From positions 91,099-155,098 of IMG/VR virus record IMGVR_UViG_3300048999_000192: DNA of 64,000 nucleotides. One strand, 5' to 3'. This document shows, piece by piece, positions 46,778-56,052 of this stretch (positions are counted from its first letter, which is position 1; the number at the start of each line of letters is the position of its first letter). The stretch comes from a virus. The position numbers and the translations under genes are program-made. The notes under the pieces are model-generated. The model made no database searches and was not told the origin of the DNA. It saw only the letters and a list, made by a program, of their open reading frames with translations.

Positions 46778-47484
46778 TGGGCTCTGCCTCCCTGGGCTTC
46801 GCAGGTGGGCCCGCGATCAACTTCCGGATCGACCCGGACTCGGTCGACTGGAACTGGAAGATGCAGACCTCGGTCACGCCGACGATCGGCGGCCGGGTCA
46901 TCCAGGTGTGCGGTGCGACCCTGTCCGACCTCACCATCAGCGGCTCGTTCGGCCAGAGCCACGGGGACGGGCCGGACGGGGAGTCCTGGCTGCAGGCCGA
47001 GGCCTTCTTCAAGAAGATCCGGGACATGATGGAGTGGCAGTCCCGGGACGCCACCGACCCCGGCAAGATGCAGCCGCCCGGGGTCTTCACCTACAGCCCG
47101 CGCAACTGGAAGTTCGCGGTCTACGTCAAGGACCTGACCGACCCCGAGGGCGGCGGCTCGGTCACTCACACCACGGGCAAGTTCTCCTACCACTACTCCC
47201 TGACGTTGTTCATCGTCGAGGAGATGTCGGACGCCCTGGTCAAGGCAGGCACCAGCCACGGGGTCCTGAGCGCGGCCAAGGCCAAGGCGATCGATGACTA
47301 CCTCGCGCGCATCAACGACGGGATCGGCTGGCACTTCAGCCAGTACAACGGCTCGACGGACTACGCGGGCAAGAAGTACTCCGAGCCCAAGGTGCCCGAC
47401 GCCTCTGGCAACCAGCCCGGCACGACCACGCCATCCACCCCACCGGCGAGCTCGGGCAACGAGCCCGGCACGACGACCCCCTAG
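46777..47484 (+). CDS. Baseplate/tube initiator-like protein
   Basis: FRIDPDSV..TPTIGGRVIQ..LTISGSFG; position. Confidence 0.65.
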   Translation: MGSASLGFAGGPAINFRIDPDSVDWNWKMQTSVTPTIGGRVIQVCGATLSDLTISGSFGQSHGDGPDGESWLQAEAFFKKIRDMMEWQSRDATDPGKMQPPGVFTYSPRNWKFAVYVKDLTDPEGGGSVTHTTGKFSYHYSLTLFIVEEMSDALVKAGTSHGVLSAAKAKAIDDYLARINDGIGWHFSQYNGSTDYAGKKYSEPKVPDASGNQPGTTTPSTPPASSGNEPGTTTP

Positions 47485-47489
47485 GAGGC

Positions 47490-47708
47490 ATGATGCCCAA
47501 CCAGCGACCGGTCTGGAGCGCTGACTGCGCCGTCTCGATGCCCGAGCCGACGGGCGACGAGGTCATCGTGGCCATGTACGGGTTCGGCATGAGCCAGTAC
47601 CGGCTCGTCCATGACATCTCCAGCGCGGAGTACGAGGAGCTGCGCGTCGTCGTCGGCAGCCCGCACGACCCGTCGCTGACCCAGGCTCCCGGCGATCGGG
47701 GGGTCTGA
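47490..47708 (+). CDS. Small hypothetical protein
   Basis: AGGAGG RBS; coupled to the next gene. Confidence 0.55.
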   Translation: MMPNQRPVWSADCAVSMPEPTGDEVIVAMYGFGMSQYRLVHDISSAEYEELRVVVGSPHDPSLTQAPGDRGV

Positions 47709-48382
47709 TGGCCGAGCGGCAAGGGCTGAACTGCACGCTGAGCTACTCGCGCGGCAGCACCAACAACACCTACAAGGTCCGGGCGACTGTCGTGACCCAC
47801 GGCACGCAGCAGATCGCCGAGGAGTCGCACGCCCGCACGCACCGGGCCTTCTACCCGCACCGGTCCGCGCCCCAGCGGTTCGCTGTCACCGTCCAGGCCA
47901 AGGGCTGGAGCGAGCGCCGGGACCTGATGAACTGGCTGGGCTCCTACGGGGAGTACATGGTCGACCCGGATCTGTCGGCCAGCGTCTACCCGGCCATGAC
48001 GGTGCTGATCCCCTCCCGAGAGTTCACCGGCATCGGGGTGCTGCTGGAGGGCTATGGCTGGGGCGACCACATCGGCTCGATGGTCTTCGAGCACAACCTG
48101 GTCTTCGAATCCTCGGTGGATCCTGGGCAGACGAAGCAGCCCAATACCTCTACCGTCGATAACAAATGGGAAGCGTTCACCCAAGATCAGGCGATCCAGT
48201 ACTTCTACCCATTCGGGACGCAGCTTTCCGGCAATGACGCCCCCGGCGGCAATTACGACAAGATCGTTTACCCTGGCGATCCAGGCAGTTTCAATGACAC
48301 CTGGAACGAGGACGCGTCCGGCATACCTGGCGGCGGCGCGACTCAGGGCGGCGAAGGCAACCCGAATCAGCCCACCGGATAG
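47708..48382 (+). CDS. Baseplate protein
   Basis: Position in baseplate operon. Confidence 0.6.
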   Translation: MAERQGLNCTLSYSRGSTNNTYKVRATVVTHGTQQIAEESHARTHRAFYPHRSAPQRFAVTVQAKGWSERRDLMNWLGSYGEYMVDPDLSASVYPAMTVLIPSREFTGIGVLLEGYGWGDHIGSMVFEHNLVFESSVDPGQTKQPNTSTVDNKWEAFTQDQAIQYFYPFGTQLSGNDAPGGNYDKIVYPGDPGSFNDTWNEDASGIPGGGATQGGEGNPNQPTG

Positions 48383-48390
48383 GGGGACCG

Positions 48391-50970
48391 ATGTCTACGC
48401 TTATCTACTCGCCTGGGGTAAAGGTCTACATTCAGACCGAAAAGAAGGGCACGCTGGACATCAGCGACGACCTGACCCGGGGCACCCTCGTCCGCCGATC
48501 CGATGGCGTCTCCACATTCCAGTTCGGCCTGCAGAACGCCCGGCGTAAGTACGACGGGGTGTTCGCGCCGAACGACCGCATCGTGGTCATGATGAAGCGC
48601 TTCTCCTGGCTGCGGGTCTTCACCGGTTACCTGAACTCGGTGCCGCTGGTGACCGGCTGGCCGATGGAGGTGACCTTCAACGCCTCGTGCTCGCTCAAGC
48701 GGCTGCAGTACTGGTTCTGGGACCCGGGCCTGTCGGCCAGCCAGACGATGGTCGCCAACGCGATCACCGCCGTGAAGAAGGACAACGACAACGGCGACGC
48801 GGGCGTGACCAACGCGGTGCTGACGATCCTGAACTCGGTCGTCGGCTGGCCGGAGGAAAAGGTCCATATCGCAGGCATCCCGCCGAATTGGTTCAAGTTC
48901 GCCGAGAAGATCGCCAAGGACGTGGACGCCAAGGCCGAGGAGGCCGACGCCATCGCGGCGCAGTTCTACGACATCCTCGGCGGGGCGGGCTCGGTCGGCG
49001 GGGCGTCCGGCGGCATCGGCGGCCTGTTCAACGGCACGCTCAAGCCCGGCAAGTACGGTAACGAGACGCTGAACGCCTCTCAGCTCGCGATCATCAAGAC
49101 GATCTACAACGCGGGCAGCCAGGACGGCATGTCCAAGCACGTCATCTCGGCGGCGTTCTGCGCCGGGCGCGCGGAGTCGGACTTCAACGCCACGGTGGTC
49201 AACTCGATCGGCGCGACCGGCCTGTTCCAGATGCGGCCGTCGATGGGCTGGGGCACGAGCGCGCAGTGCAAGGACCCCGTCTACGCCAGTCACAAGTGGT
49301 TCTCGGTCGCCAAGAAGATCAAGAGCCGCGAGACGATGACCTACGGCCACCTCGCGCAGGCGGTGGAAAGGTCCGGGGACTCCTCAGGCGGGATTTACCA
49401 GCGCTGGGCCCCGATGGCCGACGCCCTGTACGCGGCGCTGGCGGCCGGATCATCGGCCGCGACCACGCCGAACACCAACCCCGGGAACGTCGGGCAGGCT
49501 GTCGGCGCGGCCGTGGCCTCGGCTGTCGGCGCTGCCACGGGGAAGGCCACCGGCCTGAAGCTGGTGCAGACGGCCCTGAACCTGATCAAGGTCAACCCCC
49601 ACATTCCCTACCGTGAGGGTGGGGACAGCCCGCCGAGCACCAAGCCCCAGAACGTCCGCTATCTGGACTGCAGCTCCTTCACCCAGTGGGTCTACTACCA
49701 GACCCTGGGCTCATTGCACGGCTTCCCGCGTACGGCCGACGTCCAGGCGGGGTACTGCGGCGCGCACGGCAAGATCCTCACGCCAGGCTCGGCGATGAAG
49801 ATCCGGGGCGCGCTGATGTTCTGGGACAACAACGGGAAGGCGTACGCCACCAAGAGCGGCTTCGGCCACGCCTCTCACGTCGAGATGTCCATCGGGGACG
49901 GCACCCACACGGTGGGCAGTCACCACTCCGGCACCTACGCTTCGGTGGTCAATACCAAAGGATTTTGGCATATCGGTGGATTGCTCCCGAATATCGACTA
50001 CTCCGCCGATGGCGGCGGCGTGGGCGTGGACTTCGGCGGCAGCGGGGATGACGCGGCCGGAGCGACCGGCGGCGTGCAGCTCTCCACCGGTGCCCAGCAG
50101 CCCTGGTACAACCCCAACGACGAGTTCGACAAGATGTTCGGCAACAACCCCTGGGTGCCGCAGTACAACGTGGACTCGGCCGAGTCTGAGGCTCTCGTGG
50201 GCATCCGGGCGCTGCTGAACGACCAGCCGCTCCTGCCGTACATCAAGAACCTGATGAACTCGACAATGCGCTCATTCAGCAGCGCGCCGAACGGCGACCT
50301 CATCGCCTGGTTCCCTGATTACTATGGGATTTGGGGCACCTCGGCATCTATGGTCATCGAGCCGATCGAGCTACAAGACTTCTACGTCGAATGGTCGGAC
50401 GACTTCTTCGTCACGCACCAGTTCACGGTGGCCCCGCGCGGCCAGCAGGGGCTCGATCTGCTCTCGGGCGAGGTGAACCCGAACAGCCCGCTGCAGGCGG
50501 TCACGACCCTGGGCATCGCCACGATCGATATCCCCTCGATCATGTATGCCCTGTTCGGTCTGGAGCCGTCGGCTGACGCCGCCCAGAAGTTCATTGCCTA
50601 CATCTACAAGCGCTTCGGTGCACGGCCGGACTTCCAGCAGATGCCGGGCGTTACGGGCCCGCGCGGTGAGTTCTTCAGCGCGATCTTCCTCTTCATGCGG
50701 CAATGGGCCTATCAGTACAACGCGGACGTTCCGATCACTTTCATGCCGGAGCTATGGCCGGGAATGAACATCAAGGTCCCCGCATTCGACTTCCAGGCCT
50801 ATGTGACCACGGTGACCCATAACTTCCAATTCGGGGACAACCCGAGCTTCACCACCACGGCCAACATCGCCGCGCCCGCGCGCCTGAGTCAGAAGGGCTC
50901 GGGCAATCTGATCGGCCTGCCGATCGCAGGCGGACTGGGCAACACGGACGCGGCAGTCGGAGGAAAATGA
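48391..50970 (+). CDS. Baseplate hub with inserted lysozyme-like and NlpC/P60 peptidoglycan hydrolase domains
   Basis: AESDFN..GLFQM..WG..VERS; YLDCSSFTQWVY..SHVEMSIG. Confidence 0.8.
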   Translation: MSTLIYSPGVKVYIQTEKKGTLDISDDLTRGTLVRRSDGVSTFQFGLQNARRKYDGVFAPNDRIVVMMKRFSWLRVFTGYLNSVPLVTGWPMEVTFNASCSLKRLQYWFWDPGLSASQTMVANAITAVKKDNDNGDAGVTNAVLTILNSVVGWPEEKVHIAGIPPNWFKFAEKIAKDVDAKAEEADAIAAQFYDILGGAGSVGGASGGIGGLFNGTLKPGKYGNETLNASQLAIIKTIYNAGSQDGMSKHVISAAFCAGRAESDFNATVVNSIGATGLFQMRPSMGWGTSAQCKDPVYASHKWFSVAKKIKSRETMTYGHLAQAVERSGDSSGGIYQRWAPMADALYAALAAGSSAATTPNTNPGNVGQAVGAAVASAVGAATGKATGLKLVQTALNLIKVNPHIPYREGGDSPPSTKPQNVRYLDCSSFTQWVYYQTLGSLHGFPRTADVQAGYCGAHGKILTPGSAMKIRGALMFWDNNGKAYATKSGFGHASHVEMSIGDGTHTVGSHHSGTYASVVNTKGFWHIGGLLPNIDYSADGGGVGVDFGGSGDDAAGATGGVQLSTGAQQPWYNPNDEFDKMFGNNPWVPQYNVDSAESEALVGIRALLNDQPLLPYIKNLMNSTMRSFSSAPNGDLIAWFPDYYGIWGTSASMVIEPIELQDFYVEWSDDFFVTHQFTVAPRGQQGLDLLSGEVNPNSPLQAVTTLGIATIDIPSIMYALFGLEPSADAAQKFIAYIYKRFGARPDFQQMPGVTGPRGEFFSAIFLFMRQWAYQYNADVPITFMPELWPGMNIKVPAFDFQAYVTTVTHNFQFGDNPSFTTTANIAAPARLSQKGSGNLIGLPIAGGLGNTDAAVGGK

Positions 50971-52394
50971 TGCAGGCAGCCAAGACGGTCAACCCGCTCA
51001 CCAACTCGATCGGCTTCAACGTCCGCCGGGTCAGGGTGACGCAGGTCGACCCCGCTCAGGGCATCGCGCTGGCCGTGGACGAACTGAACGTGGAAGTGAC
51101 GCTGCCTCTGTACGTCACGCGGGCCGCCGCTCGCCCGCCGCAGCCAGGCGAGATCTGGCTGATCGACCAGGCATTGGGCCTGTGGACCTTCGCCGCCCTG
51201 GTCGGCACCGTGGCGAACACCTCCGTCGTCACCACCCTGGACGACCTGGCGAACGTCAGCGCCCCGTCGCCCTCCAACGGACAGATCCTGCGCTACAACT
51301 CCGCGACCACCCTGTGGGAGGCCGTCACGAACCCGGGGCCCAATCCCTGGGTCTGGAATATCACCGATGGCCTCAATGACGGCCTCACGATCAATGGCAC
51401 GTCGGGCACGCTCAAGCAGATCCTCCTGATCAAGGACTATCTAGGAGCGCCGATTTTCGGCGTCGGTCACGTCGGCGGAGCAGCGGTGTACGGCGACCAC
51501 CTGAAGGTCTTCGCGCCCGGGGTGGGCTTCGTCAACACCTTCGACGTCGACCCCACTGGAAAGGTCACCATCTCGGGCGCTGGTCAGCTCCAGATCGGTA
51601 GCACCGTCCTCAACGAGGCCGATATCCAGAATCTGCACAGCCATGCCGGGACCAATCCATGGCTGTTCATCCAGACGGACATCGCTCAGGACGGCATGAT
51701 CGTCCGGGGTGCGGGTGGGTCGCTGAACACGATCTTCGGCGTGGAAGACGGCGGCAGCAACCTCATCATGAACGTCTCGCCGCTGGGCGGCGTCGGCGTG
51801 TTCGGCAACCAGTTCCGCGTGTTCACTGGCGTGTTCGGCAGCGCCAACGTCATCCTCGATCCCTCGGGCACCGTCACCGTCAACGGCACCGGGACGCTCA
51901 CTCTTGGCGCGCAGACACTCACCGCGTCCGATATCGCCGCCCTGCACAGCGGTGCTCTACCCATGCCGTCGCTGTCGGTCTATCGGAGCGCGGCCCTGTC
52001 TTTGACCGGCACGTCGCTGACCACCGTGTCCTGGGACGCCGAGGAGTGGCAGGACAACGTCGCGACGAACGCGATGCACAACACGGCCTCGAACTCCAGC
52101 CGCCTCATCGCTCCGACTGCAGGCAAGTACGACCTGTGCGCATGCCTCCAGGTGGTCTCGAACGCCTCGGCCCCCTACCTGACGATCCAGGTCAAGAAGA
52201 ACGGGACGACCGTCTTGCGCACCAAGAGCATGACCGGCACGGTCAGCCAGGTGAACAGCGTCGACATCAACACCCGGCTGAAGCTCAGCGCCAACGATTA
52301 CGTGGAGATCCTCGTCTCCAGCACGGTGTCCGGTCAGGCGCTGACGGTCGGCTCCAGCACGTGCTTCGCCAGTCTGGCATTCGCGTCCGCATAG
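50967..52394 (+). CDS. Baseplate spike-like N-domain fused to a fibre with C1q/TNF-like tip
   Basis: PQPGEIWLI; LDDLANV..NGQILRYN..WE; APTAGKYD..LSANDYVEI. Confidence 0.65.
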   Translation: MMQAAKTVNPLTNSIGFNVRRVRVTQVDPAQGIALAVDELNVEVTLPLYVTRAAARPPQPGEIWLIDQALGLWTFAALVGTVANTSVVTTLDDLANVSAPSPSNGQILRYNSATTLWEAVTNPGPNPWVWNITDGLNDGLTINGTSGTLKQILLIKDYLGAPIFGVGHVGGAAVYGDHLKVFAPGVGFVNTFDVDPTGKVTISGAGQLQIGSTVLNEADIQNLHSHAGTNPWLFIQTDIAQDGMIVRGAGGSLNTIFGVEDGGSNLIMNVSPLGGVGVFGNQFRVFTGVFGSANVILDPSGTVTVNGTGTLTLGAQTLTASDIAALHSGALPMPSLSVYRSAALSLTGTSLTTVSWDAEEWQDNVATNAMHNTASNSSRLIAPTAGKYDLCACLQVVSNASAPYLTIQVKKNGTTVLRTKSMTGTVSQVNSVDINTRLKLSANDYVEILVSSTVSGQALTVGSSTCFASLAFASA

Positions 52395-52429
52395 CTGTCC
52401 GCGCCTCCCTGCCGACGCCGAAGAGGTGA
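52394..52429 (+). promoter_or_regulatory. Putative late promoter of the baseplate wedge operon
   Basis: GCTGTC-N20-GAAGAGGTGA. Confidence 0.7.
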
Positions 52430-52444
52430 GGCGGGGAGGTGTGG

Positions 52445-52873
52445 ATGAAGACGCTGGCGCTCCAGAGCGGCGACCTGGTGATCGGCCAGGCCGGGCACAA
52501 GACGATCACAGGGCTGTCCAAGATCCGGCAGGACCTCGCGCTGGCTCTCGGCGAGGAGCTCGGCAACGACCGGTTCCATCCGCAGTGGGGGTCAACGCTG
52601 CCGAAGTTCGTCGGCCTGCCGATCACCGTCGACACCAACATGCTCGTACGGTCCGAGATCGCCCGGGTGATCCAGGCCTACATCAGCGTCCAGCAGAACG
52701 AGGTCGTCAACGACTCCCTGGCGGCCAGCCGGACGCGGTACTCCACCTCGGACGTGGTCGCTCAGGTGACCCGCGTCGACACCACCGTCAGCTACGACAC
52801 CATCCGGGCCCAGGTGACCCTGCGTACGGTCTCCCAGCAGGATGTCTCGATCAACCGGACCCTGACCCTGTAG
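52445..52873 (+). CDS. gp25-like baseplate wedge/sheath initiator
   Basis: KIRQDL..GNDRFHPQWGSTL. Confidence 0.8.
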   Translation: MKTLALQSGDLVIGQAGHKTITGLSKIRQDLALALGEELGNDRFHPQWGSTLPKFVGLPITVDTNMLVRSEIARVIQAYISVQQNEVVNDSLAASRTRYSTSDVVAQVTRVDTTVSYDTIRAQVTLRTVSQQDVSINRTLTL

Positions 52874-52882
52874 GAGCTGGCA

Positions 52883-54715
52883 TTGGCAACGCAAACGGAC
52901 ATCGTCTCCCAGATGCGTACCGCTCTGGCGGTGACGGATCCTGACCTGGACACCTCCACCGGATCGGTCACGCGCAAGATCCTGGACGTCGTCGGCGAGG
53001 TCGTCTCCGAGGCCTATATCGACAGCCACCTGCTGACCTACCAGTACGACATCGACTCCAAGGTGGACGCCGACCTGGACGCTTTCGTCCAGCTCTTCGG
53101 CCTGGCGCGGTACGCCGCCCGGCGCGCCACCGGCACGATCACCTTCACTCGCACGGTGGCCACCGAGCTCGCCGTGGTGCCGATCAACTCCCAGATCAAC
53201 TCCACCAGCACCGACGTCCAGACCGGCGACGCGATCAGCGTGCTCACGCTGTCCACCGGCATCATGGACGTCGGGGACCTCACGGTCGCCATCCCGGTCC
53301 AGGCCATCCAGGCGGGGCCGGACGGGAACCTGCCCGCCGGGTCGCTGACCCTGATCTCCACGCCGGTCACCGGCGTGACCTCGGTGACGAACGTCAACGC
53401 GCTGTCCGGCGGCGCGTTCCAGGAGACCGATTCGGAGCTCCGCGACCGCTGGAAGAAGACCGTCTTCCGCTCGATGGCGGGCACCGAGTCGATGTTCCTG
53501 GGCATCGCCGTCAACGACCCGGACTGCCCCAACGCCAACGTCGTGGGGGCCACCAAGCGCCGTCGGGAGCAGGTGCAGGTGGCGAGCGGGGTTGCCCAGT
53601 CCACGGCCGCCGACGTCTTCTACACCTACGCCAGCGGGCAGATGGTCGGCAAGGACATCGACAACGGCGACATGGCCATCCCGGGGATCCACTACACCTG
53701 GGACACCTCGGTCACCCCGCCGCGCATCGTCGTGCTCGACACGGCCGGGTATCCCGACGGCACCCTGCTCGACCTGGACTACGCCTACGTACCGATGGCC
53801 AGTCGCAACAGCCCCACCGACGCGATCACCAACCGGGTCGACGTCTGGTGCAAGGGCACCCGCTCGATCGAGGCCAGCCAGAGCGTGGTCTTCCGCAACA
53901 CCCTGCTGTTCAACTCCACCGGCGGCAGCGCCATGAACAGCAACAACTTCATCCGCCCCGACGGCTCCACGCCGACGGTCGGCAACGTCTTCATCCCGCT
54001 GGCCTTCGGGCCGATCATCACGGTGCCGCCGACCCTGGTCATCGGGGCCACCACGTACGGCCTGGTGACACCGGCCCACGCCTTCGGGTCGAGCTCGGGC
54101 GGGATCACCTACGCCTACCAGATCGTGCACGACGACACCGCGTATGGCTGGGGCCCGAACAGCCGCTTCGGCCTGGAGTGGCTGGCCGCTTCCCAGCCCG
54201 CCGCCAACAGCGTCTTCAGCCTGGCCGCCGACTACAACTACAACGACGTGCCGATGGCCATCCAGCGCGAGACCGACCGCTGGAAGCTGGCCGGGACCGA
54301 CATCATGGTCCACCAGGCCAAGAACGTCTTCCTGAAGTTCAACCTGGCGGTCATCTACGACTTCCGGGTGGACCAGGGGGTCACCGCCCAGGCGATCGAC
54401 ACGGCGATCTCGGCCTTCCTCGAAAGCCTCGGCTTCGACGCGGTGGTGCAGGCCTCGGACATCCTCTCGGTGGTGCACGCGGTGCCGGGTGTGGACTCGG
54501 TGCGCTTCCTGCACGGGGACGACATCAGCGGCTACGTCTCCGGCACGCCGAACATCTACACGGTCGGCATGCAGAAGATCGTCAACGGCACCGTCGTGGC
54601 CAGCTACGTCGACACCGACGGCCGGGCCAAGGACGTCATCCTCGGCGACGACGAGGTGCCCGCCTTCGGGCTGACCTTCAAGATCGCCAAGGCCGAGAAC
54701 ACCTGGACCCCGTGA
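52883..54715 (+). CDS. Baseplate J-like wedge protein
   Basis: LD..GLARYAARRATGTITF; AGPDGN; GGAFQETDSELRDR. Confidence 0.85.
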   Translation: MATQTDIVSQMRTALAVTDPDLDTSTGSVTRKILDVVGEVVSEAYIDSHLLTYQYDIDSKVDADLDAFVQLFGLARYAARRATGTITFTRTVATELAVVPINSQINSTSTDVQTGDAISVLTLSTGIMDVGDLTVAIPVQAIQAGPDGNLPAGSLTLISTPVTGVTSVTNVNALSGGAFQETDSELRDRWKKTVFRSMAGTESMFLGIAVNDPDCPNANVVGATKRRREQVQVASGVAQSTAADVFYTYASGQMVGKDIDNGDMAIPGIHYTWDTSVTPPRIVVLDTAGYPDGTLLDLDYAYVPMASRNSPTDAITNRVDVWCKGTRSIEASQSVVFRNTLLFNSTGGSAMNSNNFIRPDGSTPTVGNVFIPLAFGPIITVPPTLVIGATTYGLVTPAHAFGSSSGGITYAYQIVHDDTAYGWGPNSRFGLEWLAASQPAANSVFSLAADYNYNDVPMAIQRETDRWKLAGTDIMVHQAKNVFLKFNLAVIYDFRVDQGVTAQAIDTAISAFLESLGFDAVVQASDILSVVHAVPGVDSVRFLHGDDISGYVSGTPNIYTVGMQKIVNGTVVASYVDTDGRAKDVILGDDEVPAFGLTFKIAKAENTWTP

Positions 54716-56049
54716 TGGCAGACAACGCAGGGCTGATCCAGCAGTCGAGCACGATCTTCGACTGGCCCGATACTCCGGTCGCCTCGCTCCTGCAGCTCCA
54801 GACGAGCCCGTCCGCGCCGCTGCCGGTCGACCTGTCCACCACCACGGGCCTGCTCTCGCCGGACGTGCCGACCGTCACCCGGCTGAGCCACTTCCCGGAG
54901 GACCTGTACGACCTGACCGACGGCAGCCACCTGGTGCGCTTCCTGAAGACGATCCTGGGCGACGCCGGGGCCGGGCAGCTCCGTAAGCGCCAGCTCGTCG
55001 CGCGCCTGCAGACGATGCTGAACAGCACGCACTTCTATGACCTGGACGCCTTCTACGGGTCACTGTTCGGGGTCAACCGGGGGATCACCGGCGCGCTGCC
55101 GGTCAACCCCTACACCGACACCGCCACGGCGGACGGCTGGGACGAGATCTCCACGATCGACGCCGACTTCCGGGAGAAGCTGCTCCGGCTGGCGCGGGCC
55201 ATCACCATGGGAGGTACCCCGCTGGGCCTTCAGGCGATGGCTGAGGCCCTCACGGGGGTGGACTGTGACATCTACGAGGTCTACGCCCTCATGGACGCTC
55301 AGGGGAGCTCTGAGGGCGGCAACACCTGGGACGAACTGGAGAGCGACTTCGCCACCTGGGACGCCACCGAGGGCGGGCAGCTCTGGAGCGACATGGAGGG
55401 GCGGCAGACCTTCGGCAACATGGGGATCGACTGCCGTAACGAGGTGGTCGTCCGGCCGAAGAAGGTCTACGACAACACCCCGGACAGCCTGCGTGAGCGG
55501 GCGGACGACACCCGGGGGATCCTGCGCGTCCTGGAGGTGCTCAAGCCCTCCTTTGCCCTGCTGTCGGTGGACTCCTCCGGCGTCGGCGTGCACGCGGAGG
55601 CCTCGATCGCCACGATCTCCTCACCCTCGAACTACTGGGAGATCTCGGCCCGGGTGATCCCCAAGGACGAGCTGAAGAGCTGGTACAACAAGGTCCTGGA
55701 CGCCTATGACCACCGGGCGAACCCCCAGGGCATCGACTCGGCCCAGCCGCAGCCACCGTTCACAAACACACAAGGCCAGCAGTTCAGCCAGGTCTCCCAG
55801 GTCGTCTCGGCGACCGCGCAGGAGACCGACATGGAGCTGACCAAGTCGCAGAACTTTGACAAGGTCAAGATCCTGAACTCGGTCGACTATGACATCGTTC
55901 ACTTCCCGGACGGCAAGATCCAGACCTACCTCCCGAGCTACGCCGTGATCGACCCGAAGCGGGCCTCAGCGGCCCGTACGGCCTCGGACGGCGTCATGAT
56001 CGCCGCGCCCTACTCCGGCACCCGCAACACCGTTCCGACGGCAGGATGA
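54715..56049 (+). CDS. Baseplate wedge protein (gpI-like)
   Basis: TGATG coupling to J gene; LDAFYG..DADFREKL..GGTPLGL..LKPS. Confidence 0.7.
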   Translation: MADNAGLIQQSSTIFDWPDTPVASLLQLQTSPSAPLPVDLSTTTGLLSPDVPTVTRLSHFPEDLYDLTDGSHLVRFLKTILGDAGAGQLRKRQLVARLQTMLNSTHFYDLDAFYGSLFGVNRGITGALPVNPYTDTATADGWDEISTIDADFREKLLRLARAITMGGTPLGLQAMAEALTGVDCDIYEVYALMDAQGSSEGGNTWDELESDFATWDATEGGQLWSDMEGRQTFGNMGIDCRNEVVVRPKKVYDNTPDSLRERADDTRGILRVLEVLKPSFALLSVDSSGVGVHAEASIATISSPSNYWEISARVIPKDELKSWYNKVLDAYDHRANPQGIDSAQPQPPFTNTQGQQFSQVSQVVSATAQETDMELTKSQNFDKVKILNSVDYDIVHFPDGKIQTYLPSYAVIDPKRASAARTASDGVMIAAPYSGTRNTVPTAG

Positions 56050-56052
56050 GGC

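Noticed and set aside
53848-54714. 5' extension of track ORF 53848..56049
   Set aside because: Overlaps baseplate J in another frame; the TGATG-coupled ATG at 54715 is the better start
40063-56049. Tailocin, eCIS or T6SS interpretation of the sheath and baseplate genes
   Set aside because: Portal, protease, major capsid and neck genes are present, so this is a phage virion module
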